A stretch of 64,000 bases of DNA from Psammoneis japonica. Taxonomy: Eukaryota. The notes below the pieces were generated by a model. That model was not told the origin of the DNA and did no database searches. It saw only the letters and a list, made by a program, of their open reading frames with translations. The position numbers and the translations under genes are program-made. Below, in pieces: positions 45,614 through 60,067 of the stretch; within the stretch, counting starts at the first letter, position 1; each line of letters begins with the position of its first letter. The stretch lies in contig QPGO01000007.1 of assembly GCA_008632985.1 (NCBI GenBank), positions 372,001-436,000 of the forward strand. The letters run 5' to 3'.

Positions 45614-48228
45614 TCAAATAGTAGTAGGAGCAGGAAAAGCAAAGCGATTAGCAATATCTTTCGCCTCAGTTAGAGTAACTGGCTCTTTCACACTGCCGTC
45701 AATGATCCTGTAGGCGCGTTTACCGTCTGCGTCAAAGCGCACTCCTTCTCCAGTCTCCTCGTCCTCCTTAAAGCATCCAATATGTATTGGCGCTTTCTCC
45801 CACAACGTCAGTTTCCCTCGGCCCTCTTTTTTTCCGTTGCGAAATTCACCCTTGTATTCACCAGAGCCTTCCCAAGGACCCTGTCGAAGCATTCCTTGAC
45901 CCTCCAGCACACCGTTGGTCCATTCACCTTCGTAGAAACCTCCGTGGCGGATTGATTTGACGAAGCCGAGACCATGAGGCTCCTTCTTCTCGTTGAGGGA
46001 ACCAACGTATTGACCTGTGGCACTGTCGTAGAGACAAGGGAACAGTGCGGATACGCATTCCCCGGTGTAGATGTTTCCGCTTGAAGTCCTGTAAGTCCCT
46101 TTGCCTCGTGGCTCTCCGTCACGAAATTCACCGTCATACACATCCCCATCCATCCACGTGTACACTCCCTGGCCTTCCATAAGCCCATTCTGAAAGGCAC
46201 CATCATAGACATTGCCATAGCTGTCCGTGCGTTTTCCCTTGCCCTCCATAACTCCGTCACTCCATTTGCCTTCGGATTCACCATTTGCTGACTTCATAAA
46301 GCCAAGGTCATGTGGCTGGCCGTTCTTGTTGAGGGTTCCAACATAATATCCTGCCGATACTTCATCCTCCTTTATCACCTTGCACTCTCCTGAGTACACA
46401 TTGCCCCCTGCAGTAAAAAATGCCCCACGGCCCTGAGGTTCTCCGTCGCAAAATTCGCCCTCGTACACATCGCCGTTTTTGAACATCATCTTCCCCTCTC
46501 CTCCTTCCATTCCATTGCGAAATTCACCCTCATAAACATCGCCTTTGCTCTTTTGAAGGGTGCCTCGGCCTTCCTTGTTCCCATTGCAGAATTCGCCTTC
46601 GTACACTCCCTGCTCATCTTTGAGTGGGCCATGACCATTAGGCTTGCCGTCTTGGTTGAGTGGCCGAAATAACTGCCATCCAAAAAGTGCTTGCGCATTC
46701 ATACGAATTGCCCTTTACAGTACAGTACACCCCCAGCCCTCCGGCTTTCCACTGCGAAATTGACCCTCGTACGTATCACCATTTTGTAGCGCTGCTTTCC
46801 GTGGCCTTCTGGAAGGAAATCGCGAACCTCGCCTTCATACTCATCGGCGCCGTCATCGCTAACCTCACAACCTTTGGATAAAGCGCGGCAGAAGGTCGGA
46901 GCACTCCCTGCCCCTGAAGCACTCCATCTTTTGTTTCCAATTCTAACAGAGCCCTGTCTTCATACCGAAGCATCACCCTCCTCCCTCCAGATCTTCTCCA
47001 ACGCTTCCACATCGGACGCAAAAAGAGTGAAGTAGCCTTCAAATTTCTGCACTCCCCACCCTGACCCCTCCCATTGCGAAACTCGCCAACATAGATTCCT
47101 TCATCGCAAATAATGCCCCAATACCGTGTGGTTCCCCCTCCTCATTGAGCTCACCAAATAGTCATCATCAACATCATGCAGGCTTCGTACAAACTGCGGC
47201 CTAATTGGCCGCTTCGGAATCAAGCCGCGGCTGACACTGACCGTCCACTCAATGAGACCACGGGTGGTGGGATTCGGGACCATGTCGTGCGAGTCAACCT
47301 CCGTCCCGCATACCGGACACGTCGTCTCATTCCGGTCGAACCATATCCTTAGTCCCTCTCGGCTGACAGTGTGACGACAACCGGCGTCGACATGGACGGG
47401 ATCGCTCATAATGTCGGCTAGGATAGGGCAGAGGCATTCTGGAGGGAGTTTGGCTCGTTCGGCCGCCTCAGCGGAGAGGAGGGCCAGGATCTGATCCACA
47501 AAGGCTGCCTCCGCTTCCACCTTGTCCCTTTTGGCCGTGTTTTTTGCATTCTCTGCCTCTTTGCGCTCGGCTTCGGTCCTTGCTCGTTCCGCTCGCATCT
47601 CAAGCATGGTCCGCTCGAGCTCTTCGATCCTAGCGTCCCTGTCTTGGCTGGAGGAAGACGCGGCGGCGGCGGCATCGGCTGCGGAGAAAATGGCATCGGC
47701 AAAGTCCGCGACGGCGGACGATCCGGAGGCGACCGCCGCCTTGAGATTCTGCATCTCCTTCTTTGCCGTTTTTGCCTCTCTGAGGAGCTCATCATGCCGC
47801 TTCTTGGACGACTTGCGGAAGGTCGCGAGGCTCTTCTTGAGTTGATGGTTCTGCGTCATTTGGAGCGCCAATACAGTAGCGTTGATGGCCCTAATGTTAT
47901 TCTCGACCTTGTCACGGAGGTCGCCTCCCTTGACGAGGAAGACGGCGCGACACATTTTTTTCGCCTTGGTGGCGTGGGTCTTTGTGTCGTTGAGCAGCTG
48001 TAGGAGCTTCGACATTTTCTCGTCGAGGATGGTCGAGACTGAATCCTTCGCCAGCTCTCTCTCTCCCTCTCTGATGACCTTCATTACTCCGATGAAGGAT
48101 TCCATCTCTCCGGCGATGATCCCAAGGAGCTTCTTGGCGGCGCACGTCTCTCCGCAGATGTGACGTACGGTCTCTGCGAGGCCCAACAAGCTCACCGCAA
48201 CACCAATCCCTTCTACGACGCCGCTCAT
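45614..48228 (-). CDS. N-terminal helical bundle + coiled coil + U-box + MORN repeats (frameshifted in this assembly)
   Basis: U-box PPECLCPILADIMSDPV...SREGLRIWF...TCPV...MVPN; many YEGEFxNGxxxGxG MORN repeats. MORN-like text continues in shifted frames between 46700 and 47160. Confidence 0.7.
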
Positions 48229-48769
48229 TCTTTCAGCGTAGATCGTTCCTTCTTACTTGAGCTATAGACTTCTTTGCCGTTGGAACTCGGCTGGACACTT
48301 TGAGCCTGCGAATATTAAACTTGTCAAGTTGTTTTTTGCCATGCGGCAAATTGCTGCCAGAATGCAGAGTGGATTTGGAATTGATGCACGAATGGCACTT
48401 CATAATCCTGCGGCACGAATGAAACAGAGATTGGAGTGCGGATTTGGATGATTTTATGCGCGTGGGTTTCCAGGTTGGTCTATCCTCCCGCCGCCCTTAT
48501 TCCAATGGTCGCCTCCAGCAGAAGCAGCTACCGTAAGCCCGCTTATTACGGTAGCCCTCTCTACTCTAGCTAGCTACTCTACTTACTAGAGGTAGGTCAC
48601 ACTCTAGGAAGATGTGGCGGCGAATTCCGTGAAAGAAACGAATTCACTTCATGTTGGATTAGTTGTGGTGTGAAAAGTCGTGCAGATGAAAACGACGTCA
48701 CAAATTCATCGACAAAAAGTGGTCTATAACGAGTTATCTTTTTACACAGACATATAATAAATGGCGCGT

Positions 48770-50438
48770 TCATTCAAAATGGGGGGGGAGATCGACATGC
48801 TGATGCGCAAAATTGCTGAAACGATACTGCTGAGAGGCGAACTGGACTCCTCTCAACTCCTTGTTTCCAAAGGCGTGTTTACGCTTCTTCTTTTCTTCAG
48901 CCTCAGCATTGACATCCTCCATGGCTTCGGCATCCGGTTCGGGAACCGAGAGAGTGTTGTTGTTAGACTTGGTCACTTCAGGGTCGTCTTGTCCAAAGAT
49001 GAGACCAGCGTGTCCCTTGATCCTGATACCGACACTAAGAACGCATGATCCAAGAATGACGAAACCCATGAGAAGGAAGGCGTCCTTGTAGTTGAGCTCG
49101 CGGAATCCCATACCGAAACCGACAGCACCGCAGTTACCACCAGCACCAACGATACCAGCAATGGAACCAGTCGACGGGGGATCAACGTAGGGGACAATAC
49201 CGTAGGTGGAACCTTCGGCGGCTTGGACGAAGATGGAGAAGACAATCATGATGAAAATGGCAAGACCGAGAGAACCGGTGTTGGCAAAGATGAGAACCAT
49301 GGCTCCCTCGCAGGCAAGGAAGATGGTGTGGATGAGGATACGACCACGCATTCCCATCTTGGCGTTGAATTTATCAGACGCAAATCCTCCAAGACCACGA
49401 GCGAAAAGGTTCATCCATCCAAAGATGGAGGCAATGGCTGCGGCACTCTCGGTACTCTGGCCGAACTCTTCCTTGAAGTAAAGGGCAGTAGCGTTGTTCA
49501 TGGTGAGTTCCACACCGAAGCAGCAGGCGTACTGAATGAAAAGAAGCCAGGTGTTGAAGTTGATCGCACCACTGCGGAAGGAGGCGGCAGCAGAGATCTC
49601 AGGCATGGTTCCGTTCCTCTTCATCTCGTGGTAGTTACCCTTGGGTGCATCATCACTGATAAAGTAAATAGCAACACCAGAGCTGAAAGCAACGACGGCG
49701 GGGACGACAGAGACGGTACGCCATGCCTTTTCGGCATCGCCATCAAAGAAAACCTTGAAGAGGGGAAAGAGAGCAGATCCCATGACGAGCTGGGTGACTC
49801 CACCACCGAGGTTACCCCATCCACCGACAAGGGCATTGGCAGTTCCGGCAACCTCCTTGGTGAACATACGGCTCGACCAATACTGGCACATGACGAAGGA
49901 TCCACCGGCAATTCCGATGAAAAGACGAAGTACGGCAAGTCCAGCCGCAGAGTTGACAGTTCCGGTCAAGGCCGTAGGGATGGAGGCAACACACAAGACG
50001 GCGGTAAAGAGAATGCGAGCTCCCCACTTATCGCAACCGGGTCCAAGGATGAAACGCATAAAGATGGTTCCTCCGACACCGACAATGGAGGAAGTCCAGA
50101 CTTCTTGCTTGGTCAAGTCGAGAGTCTTCTTGATCTCGGAAAGAAGAGGAGCAATCGCGAACCAGATGAAGAAGGCGATGAAGAAACCCCACCACGAGCA
50201 GTGGAAGGCACGCATGTGCGGGCGAGAAAAGTTGCAGAGCTTAATCTCGGTAGCCTTATCATCTTGATCAGGATCAACTTCGAGGGTGTACGTCTGGTAC
50301 TTCTTGATCTCCTTCCACTGTGATTTATCAAAGAACAAATACAAAATGTGAGCAACAAGCGTATGCTGTCGGTGGCACAACATTAAACATTCTTACCTCG
50401 CCGCTGTCGACTTCTGGGTTGCTGTTAGTTTCCGACAT
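48770..50438 (-). CDS. NRT2: High-affinity nitrate transporter, NRT2 (MFS)
   Basis: FSRPHMRAFH, GWGNLGGG, FGVELT, FGWMNLFARGLGG and GAGGN motifs. Short first exon (ATG at 50438) plus an intron. The true stop may be near 48880 if there is an indel in the A-rich tail. Confidence 0.95.
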
Positions 50439-50962
50439 GATTCTCTGTTTGTCTTTAGCTCAACGTGTTCTAACAAAAAAGTGAGAGCGTTGGAAAATTG
50501 TGAGAGGTGTTAGCGTGTGGTGAAACGAAAGTGACTGGCAGTTTGCAAGAGGTCGTGAAGATACCGGTGCGTCTGCTGCTTCTCACGTCGGCAGCAGCAA
50601 CCTGCAACTTCTCGACAAGTTCCGGAGTTTCTGTGTAAAACACGTCAGGCAGTCGTGCTAATTAAAACATTTAACATTTGAATGCGTTTTACGAACTAAA
50701 ACATTTGTTAACTCTAAAAAATGAATAATTGTTATACCTCTTTTTCACAAATACTAACTTTATTGGTGGCGGATTGGACAAATTCTTGGAAAGCGGCACA
50801 AGACTCACTGTATTCTGACTCACTCTCAAACTGCTCACCTTTTTTCGAATTTCGCAACTCCAACGGGTTCGTTTCCCCCGTGCTTCCACCTCCATCCATG
50901 TCAACTAGAATACCCCTTGGTTTCGGCTAGCGTCAGTTTTAGGCAATTGCCAGCTCACTAGA

Positions 50963-51698
50963 ATGATTGAAAGATCGAGTGATGCGAAACGAAGATGCCA
51001 GAAGTTTGAGAGAAAAAGACGAACGGCATGGACGGAGACGACATCATGTCGAAGAGTCGTCATTCCATGGTTCGCCCTGCTTGCCGCTGTCATTTCCCAT
51101 GACGCATCCGCATGGACAACTGGGACTGCGACGACCCGAAGACGAGTGTTTGAAAATCTTGCTGTCCTTGGCGTAGCTCTCCGTTCGGTGTATTTCCCGC
51201 AAATGCGAAAAATCTCCCGGATCCTGTCGATTCGTCAAAAGCCGGGACACGAGAATCGCTAGCTCCAATTTTAAATCTCAAAACATCAATAGAAGACCTA
51301 AGAATTGCATTGAAGTCAAAAAACGACAGTTACGTGGCGGTGATTTTTGGAGAAAAGATACCAACAAGTGAAAAGGACTTCAAAGCCATATTTGATGCTT
51401 ACTCGGACCCTGTATCGTACAAACAAAAGTTTGTCGATCAAAATGCCTTTTGGTTTATTACACCAAGGGATTTGATGGACCAGGTCGACCGTCCATTGAG
51501 AGTGACTTACCCGTCAAGCAAATTTTGCAGTATGGTGCACGCAACGAGGCTTGGGTCGCGTGGAACGACTTTCAATCAGAGCTAGACTACCAACGTCGTA
51601 ATCCGGAAGATGCTGATAACGATGAGTTGCTGAAATTAATCGAAAAGACGATAGCAGCAATCAACAATTACTTGGATGCAAGCGGTGTTGTTAGATAG
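50963..51698 (+). CDS. Probable plastid-targeted conserved hypothetical protein (frameshifted)
   Basis: Hydrophobic signal ending ASAW, then TRRRVF. A coherent globular sequence is split over ORFs 51310-51585 and 51450-51698. Confidence 0.5.
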
Positions 51699-51748
51699 AA
51701 GACAAGTGTCATTATTAACAGGTGTTAGGCTCGTGAACAAGTTTTCCT

Positions 51749-53198
51749 CTAGCTATCCATCTTTTTCATGCCTCGGACAACCGTCGACCGCCTAAAGTCT
51801 TGGAAATCGGTTGTCAACTGCATATGGGGCCAATTTTCTGGACGATCTACGCTCTGTCTCCTCACTTTTGGGTCTCTTCGTCTTAGCTCCGTACTTCCAT
51901 TTGCATTCGTTGTTTCAACTCGATTGTAAAACAACAATACGCTTTTGGATTCCTTTCGAGTTCATTCGCTCCAATCCTGCGCGTTTTCGAATCGTTCATT
52001 TCATACCACGTCTCGTCAAAGCGGTTCTTGACCATGGCGGTGTAGTGGCCACCACCTAAATTTCCCGCATGGTTCGAGACGGCATAAAGATCAAACACGG
52101 GGGACAAGCCCGTCTTGCTTTTCACCACGTGAGACAAGTTCCAGTTTTCAATGTCGTACGAGATTGGCTTCTCAATCTTGTTGCCCCTTGCATCAAAACG
52201 CTTAAGGTGCACAATCAAAATGGGTGGAAGCATCCAGAGATCAAACTTTTTAGTAGCATCCACATGTGTTCCGCATTTTGTGCAGTACCACTGATTGTCT
52301 CCCGTCAAGTGCTCCTCCTCACAGAACATGTCAAGGCAGTCGTCTAGACTGGTTGATGTATGAGATAAAGGCAGGACAAGTACATGAACGGCTCGAATTT
52401 GATGTTCTTGTGTCCGCACCCTGCCGATCCATTCGGTTGTCTCTTGTTTCGGTTCCTGCACGTCATGGTGTTTCGTAGCTGCCCCTGAAAAAGATCCACA
52501 ACAATGGAGCGGTTCCTTAAAAGGTAATTTTGCCACGCCAACACGGCATCTCCATCATCGTTGGTGCCGTCACAATCCTTATCTTCAATATACGGTCGAT
52601 CCTTGACGCGGTTGAGATCTTCATGAAGGCCATCCAACAAGAATGCCAAGAGCTCTTGAGAATCATGCTGTGCGCCTCCATCAAACTGTGGAGCAAAGCC
52701 ACACAATGTACGCTTAAATGCAGAAGGATCCACTCTGTCTCCAGCCAACCACATTTTCTTCATCAGGGTCGTATAGGATGTGACAAGTTGTCCCTTGGTG
52801 CCGAGAAAGTTGCTGTAATTGATCTCTTTGCGATAGTCATACCCGAGAAAGTAGTCGAGGAGTGGGATTGTGTTGCTAAGACACTGAAGGCTGCTATTCA
52901 TAAAGCACGTGTTACCCAAGTTCTGCAGTCCAGTGATACCCGCCTTTCGTTTCTGAACGTCAATGCTATCAAAACTGGTCAACACCGCCACGTGCACGTG
53001 ATCATAGGTCGATGCCCGTGCAGCAGAGAGATGCGTTCCTGTCCCGCCCTGGTTTGGGGTCGTTTTGAGAACCTTGGACCCCACACGAACCAGAGAATTA
53101 ATCCGATCGGGTTCACCACGGCCTTTGCGTTGATTATTTGTACGCGGAGCTGCCATGGGAGTGGCCGTATCTTCGGCTGTTGACACACACGCTCCCAT
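51749..53198 (-). CDS. Ubiquitin-specific protease (peptidase C19)
   Basis: GLQNLGNTCFMNSSLQCL, QHDSQE, LDGLHEDLNR, VHLKRF, YAVSNHAGNLGGGHYTA and WYEMNDS; MGAC N-terminus. Frameshifts near 52365 and 51915. Confidence 0.92.
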
Positions 53199-53402
53199 CT
53201 TGAAATTGTGTTGCGAATGTTGCTCGAAGTTGCTCGAAGTTCGTTCTTCGTTCGACGTGCTTCGAGGCGATTGGAAGGAATACGTGGCGCGAGCTAAGCG
53301 AGCTCTATCGCTTGTAGTCGTCGGTCCTCTGGCTACCGGTAATCTCTTCTACCGGTGTCGACCCGGTCGACAGCATTTGATTTTTAATTTACAGTGGTTT
53401 CC

Positions 53403-55114
<1,712 letters not shown>

Positions 55115-55484
55115 GGTGAGAGATCTAAAATCCACTTCGTCGATGCAAAATGCCGAGCGAAACGAGCGGAAACGAATGGCGACCTGCTGACGTCATGATG
55201 ATGTTGTACGAGAGGTTGTCGTAGCTTTCGTACCATCGAAAAAAGGGCTTTCGTCAGCATGACGTTGAAGACAATTTAGTCGTTTGATTCATTCGACCAC
55301 AATGTTGCGCTGTGACCTCGCTGTGACGAGAAAGGTTCCTAGCCCTACTCTAGTAGAGGCCCTACTGTAGCAAACTAATGCTGAAATCTACTCTGTAGCT
55401 ATAATAGACACTGTAGCTAGGACATACATTATGCTCCCCTGAGTCTTCGAAGCTTCTTCTCATTACATGAATTCCATCTTTTCC

Positions 55485-56433
55485 TTACGACGAACTGTCG
55501 GTCGCTGCATTCAAGTACGGTGCCATTGACCCCCACGTTACATTTAGCCCTTGATTGGTCAAATATCTTATTACACTGTTGTACCGCATAATTTTGAAAG
55601 GGTCTTTTTCGTGGAGTGCCACAATGAGATCTTCTGGCCGCTCGGTCTTTACCATACTAGCAGCCGGCCCATTCATAAAGGAATAACCCAAGGAACTGGC
55701 CTTACAAACTTCATCCGTGGGCATGGAAATATTCACATCAAAAAAGATACAGCCACCGAGACGAGCATCACCCCAACCTCTCTGGTATTTTTGTCGACAC
55801 ACTGGTATCATCGGTACGAGTTTCTGCAAGAGTGCTCTACTCATGAGAATCCCTGATCCGCCGACAATCAAAGGGTAATCGCGACCGTACGCATTGTCAC
55901 CCATGCATCTTCCGAGCATTACCTCCTTGTCTGCATATCCAATGTCATTCAACTCATCCACAAGACGATCTAGATTCTCTTTCACTATAATCGTGTCGTC
56001 TTCGGTCAGGAGATACCAGTCTGATTCTTGATTCATACTGTAAATTTCTTGAAATGCCGCACTGAGCAGGTTGCTGTCCTTTGCCGATGCCTCGCCTTCC
56101 ATGAGCTCCAAGGGTTTAATAGTATAACTCGATTCATCACTCGACTCGTCAATTTGATCAAACGTGAATACTTTCAGGTCGGGAAACAAGGAGTGCCAAG
56201 CATTGTTACTCTGCAGTCTTTGCATGTTGGCCTCGTGTGCAGGACTGTGACGACAAAGACTTGGACAGTCGGTGCAGGCCTCTTCTTGTTATTATTGACT
56301 CCACTGCTGATAATGAAAGGCTACTCATTGCCATGCTTGCAAAGCACATCCAAAGAGCAATCAAACCAAAAAGCAGTGCAATTCTTCTTCGGCGACGTCT
56401 CCATCTCTCACCGGTGGCCGCGCGACGATGCAA
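55485..56433 (-). CDS. GT31/Fringe-like glycosyltransferase, paralog 1 (frameshift near 56235)
   Basis: WYLLTEDDT, GGSGILMS, GDARLGGC and ALHE motifs; basic-then-TM N-terminus. Confidence 0.7.
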
Positions 56434-56898
56434 AGGATCGCCGCACTATGGGAGGTCGCCAAACCGAGTTGCTAATCTGAGCCGGTGATTGTATCATTTT
56501 TACGAATCATACGCTCTGATTGAGAGACTCTAAACAAACCAGAAAACCACAACATGTTGGCACAACAAGTCCCGAGAACAAAAATACTCTGCAAAAAATG
56601 CCTGCGCGACGAATGCCGCGGTTTTTGAGTGAGGAGCTTGGGTGTTGGTGGCAAGTTCAGTCGCGCATTTCCTTTTTGATGGCGGATTTGACTCGCGCCA
56701 ATCCGATCGTAGTACAGTAAAAACCTTGAGTAGACTAGTGCATTGCCAAAATGCAAGCGAGATAGGGCACGAATGTTGGAAGTGAACAAGCAGAATAGAA
56801 TTTGGATGCTAAATAAAACTTGGAAGCGCATTGGCACTTGTTAGTTGTGGACCGGAAACTGTTTTGCGCCTCTGCTGTCCTCCATTTGCAGAGAGTTT

Positions 56899-57906
56899 CT
56901 ATGCAGACTTATTTTCCGCCGCAGTCTGGTTCAAGTATGGAGCGAATTCCCCCCATGTTACATCATGGCCATTTCGGATTAGTTTTCGAATGGACCTGTA
57001 GTATCGGGCAATGTTCGTTGGATCTTTTTCATGAAGCGTCACAATGAGATGTTCGGGTTGTTCCCATTGCACCATATCAACTGCTGCTCCATTTGTAAAA
57101 GTATAACCCATTTCCCCTGGTTTACAAACAACTGTATTCGGCAGCGTCAAATTCAACTCGAGAAAAATACACCCACCGATACGGGCATCACCATAGTCCA
57201 TGTGGTTGTACTTTTCTCGGCATAGTGGTATTAGTGGAACAAGTTTCCTCAGGAGCGTTTTGCTCATGAGAATGCCGGATCCGCCGACAACAAAGGGAAA
57301 AGCACCGAATGGTGACTGGTCTGGATTACCCGCGCACCTTCCAAGCATTACATCTTGTTTGGAATATCCCATGCCGTCCAGTTCCCTAACAAAGCTATAC
57401 AAATTCTCCGTCACTACAATCGTGTCATCCTCTGTCAGAAAATACCAGTCGGCGTTTGGATTCATTTCATAGATTTCTTGAAAGCCTGCAATTAGCAAGT
57501 TGCTATCCGACGATGACACTTCTTCAGGGTTACGCTTTAATGGTTTGATAAAGCTTGCCAAGCGAGTGTGTTCGTCGATATCGTCAAACGTAAATATTTG
57601 AATATCCGGAAACGCTCGATGCCATCCATTGTTGTTTTGATAAAGCCTTTCCATGTTGGCTCCATGCGCAGGAGTTGTAACGACAAAGACTTGAATGTTT
57701 GGCTCATCCCCTCTTGCCCACTTTGAAAGACCATCCAAAAAGATCAGACGAAACAATCCCATGTTAACGAAATAAGCCCAAGCAACAATCAGGCCAACAA
57801 GAACGTGTATCGGGTGTCGCCTCCTCCTTTTTCGTGCTGGGTGTTGGTTATTACCTCCGCCATTGATCGCCTCGCCACATGACTTTAGAAAAGAAGGAAG
57901 CTTCAT
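56899..57906 (-). CDS. GT31/Fringe-like glycosyltransferase, paralog 2
   Basis: Type II TM, WYFLTEDDT, GGSGILMS, GDARIGGC. Confidence 0.75.
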   Translation of the reverse strand: MKLPSFLKSCGEAINGGGNNQHPARKRRRRHPIHVLVGLIVAWAYFVNMGLFRLIFLDGLSKWARGDEPNIQVFVVTTPAHGANMERLYQNNNGWHRAFPDIQIFTFDDIDEHTRLASFIKPLKRNPEEVSSSDSNLLIAGFQEIYEMNPNADWYFLTEDDTIVVTENLYSFVRELDGMGYSKQDVMLGRCAGNPDQSPFGAFPFVVGGSGILMSKTLLRKLVPLIPLCREKYNHMDYGDARIGGCIFLELNLTLPNTVVCKPGEMGYTFTNGAAVDMVQWEQPEHLIVTLHEKDPTNIARYYRSIRKLIRNGHDVTWGEFAPYLNQTAAENKSA

Positions 57907-58462
57907 CAGGGAAACTCAGAGTAACGAGACAAAAAGAAGGCGGGGATGAGAGCTAATAGCTTTATTGAAACTAAAAGGACAACTAGCATTGTAATGAACA
58001 CAGATGAACAAATTGTGGTTATTCTGAATCTCGAGAAGGTGAGAAGAGAGATTTCTCAATAAATGTTTTCCCGACACATAAATGATTGAGATGTCTTCAA
58101 CAATTTGTGGGCCATAGAAGTACAGTAAACAATTTGGGGATTCAGAGATTCTAGAAACCAGAGAACCGCAACATGTTGCCACAACGTAAACTCCCAGAGC
58201 ATGTAAAAGTACTTCGCAAAAACTGCCGCGCGACGAATTCTGCGGTTTGCTGTCGGCAGCAAGTTTCCAAGCGTTCAGTCGCGCATTTCCTTTTGATGGC
58301 GGATTGTGACTCAATCCACTCCGATGCGATACTATTGGAAGTGGACAAGCAGATAGAGGTTGGATGCCAAATAAAACTTGCAAGCGCATTGACACTTGTT
58401 ACAGTAGTTGCGGACCGGAGAAATCTATTGCGCCTCTACTGTCCTCCATTTGCAGAGAGTTT

Positions 58463-59479
58463 CTATGCAGACTTATTTTCCGCCGACAATCGGACAGCAG
58501 TCTGGTTCAAGAATGGGGCGAATTCCCGCCATGTTACGTCATGCCCCTTTCTGAATAATTTTCCAATGGACCTGTAGTATCGGGCAATGTTCGTTGGATC
58601 TTTTTCATGAAGCGTCACAATGAGATGGTCGGGTCGTTCTCTGTGCACCATATCAACTGCTGCTCCATTTGTAAAAGAATAACCCATTTCCGCTGGTTTA
58701 CAAACAACTGTGTGCGGCAGCGTCAAATTCAACTCGAGAAAAATACATCCACCAATACGGGCATCACCATAGGCCATGTGGTTGTACTTTTCTCGGCACA
58801 GCGGTATGAGTGGAACAAGTTTCCTCAGGAGCGTTTTGCTCATGAGAATGCCGGATCCGCCGACAACAAAGGGAAAAACACCCCCGATTCCGCGTTCTGG
58901 GTTACCTGCACACCTTCCGAGCATTATATCTTGTTTGGAATATCCCATACTATCCAGTTCCCTAATAAAGCGATACAAATTCTCCGTCACTACAATCGTG
59001 TCATCCTCTGTCAATAGATACCAGTCGGCGTTTGGATTCATTCCATAGATTTCTTGGAAGCCTGCAATTAGCAAGTTGCTGTCGGATGACGATCTTTCTC
59101 CAGGGTTACGTTTCAAGGGTTTGATAAAGCTTGCCAAGCGACTGTAAGCATCGACATCGTCAAACGTAAATATTTGAATATCCGGAAACGCTCGATGCCA
59201 TCCATTGTTGTTTTGATAAAGCCTTTCCATGTTGGCTCCGTGCGCCGGTGTTGTAACAACAAAGACTTGAATGTTTGGCACATCCCCTCTTGCCCACTTT
59301 GAGAGAGGATCCAAAAACAACAGTCGAAACAATCCCATGTTTACCAAACAAGCCCAAGCAACAATCACGCCAACAAGAATGTGTATCGGGCGTCGCCTCC
59401 TCTTTTTTCGTGATGGGTGATGGAAATTACCGCCATGGATCGCCACGCCAGATGACTTTGGTAAAGAAGGAAGCTTCAT
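58463..59479 (-). CDS. GT31/Fringe-like glycosyltransferase, paralog 3
   Basis: Highly similar to paralog 2 throughout; the downstream non-coding sequence is also duplicated (~56520-56900 vs ~58140-58465). Confidence 0.75.
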   Translation of the reverse strand: MKLPSLPKSSGVAIHGGNFHHPSRKKRRRRPIHILVGVIVAWACLVNMGLFRLLFLDPLSKWARGDVPNIQVFVVTTPAHGANMERLYQNNNGWHRAFPDIQIFTFDDVDAYSRLASFIKPLKRNPGERSSSDSNLLIAGFQEIYGMNPNADWYLLTEDDTIVVTENLYRFIRELDSMGYSKQDIMLGRCAGNPERGIGGVFPFVVGGSGILMSKTLLRKLVPLIPLCREKYNHMAYGDARIGGCIFLELNLTLPHTVVCKPAEMGYSFTNGAAVDMVHRERPDHLIVTLHEKDPTNIARYYRSIGKLFRKGHDVTWREFAPFLNQTAVRLSAENKSA

Positions 59480-60067
59480 CGCTCACAAGGCCACTTTACG
59501 CTTCAACAGACGGAGAAACTCAGAGTAACACGACAAAAGGAAGGCGGGGAGACACACACAACGGCGAAAAAGGGCTCATGGGACACCCACAAAAAGTTGG
59601 AAATCCTCGTCGGAGACGTGACACAATTAATCATATACAGTACTCCTTATTGTTATATCTAATGTCTTTATTCGGGATTGTAAGCGAGCATTGAAAAATT
59701 ACGAAAAATATTATTAGATCACTTGCACCTAAATTCCATAGTTGACGAACTGTCGCAGACCGCAGACCCGCAAAAATTTTTGTTCTTCAAGTTCCGACGA
59801 TGACATTCGGCCGCTGAACATTCCCATTAGACACGAGAAAACAGACAGTACTTGTCCCAAACGAACTTGCATTGTAACGGTGACATCCATAGAATGAATG
59901 TGACCATGCGGTGAGTAGCTCGCACCCGTAGCACGCACTCTGAGATTGAGAAATGATGCCGTATCTCACGTCATTCATCTTTGCACTGTGTTTTTTGATG
60001 TAGAGCCATCATATCGTATTGGACCATCCTGGGATGTGCATTTCAGTCTGGTCGATTTGAGCACGCC

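Noticed and set aside
49223..50323. 366-aa ORF antisense to NRT2 (similar antisense ORFs over DLD and USP)
   Set aside because: Shadow ORFs produced by codon bias of the real genes.
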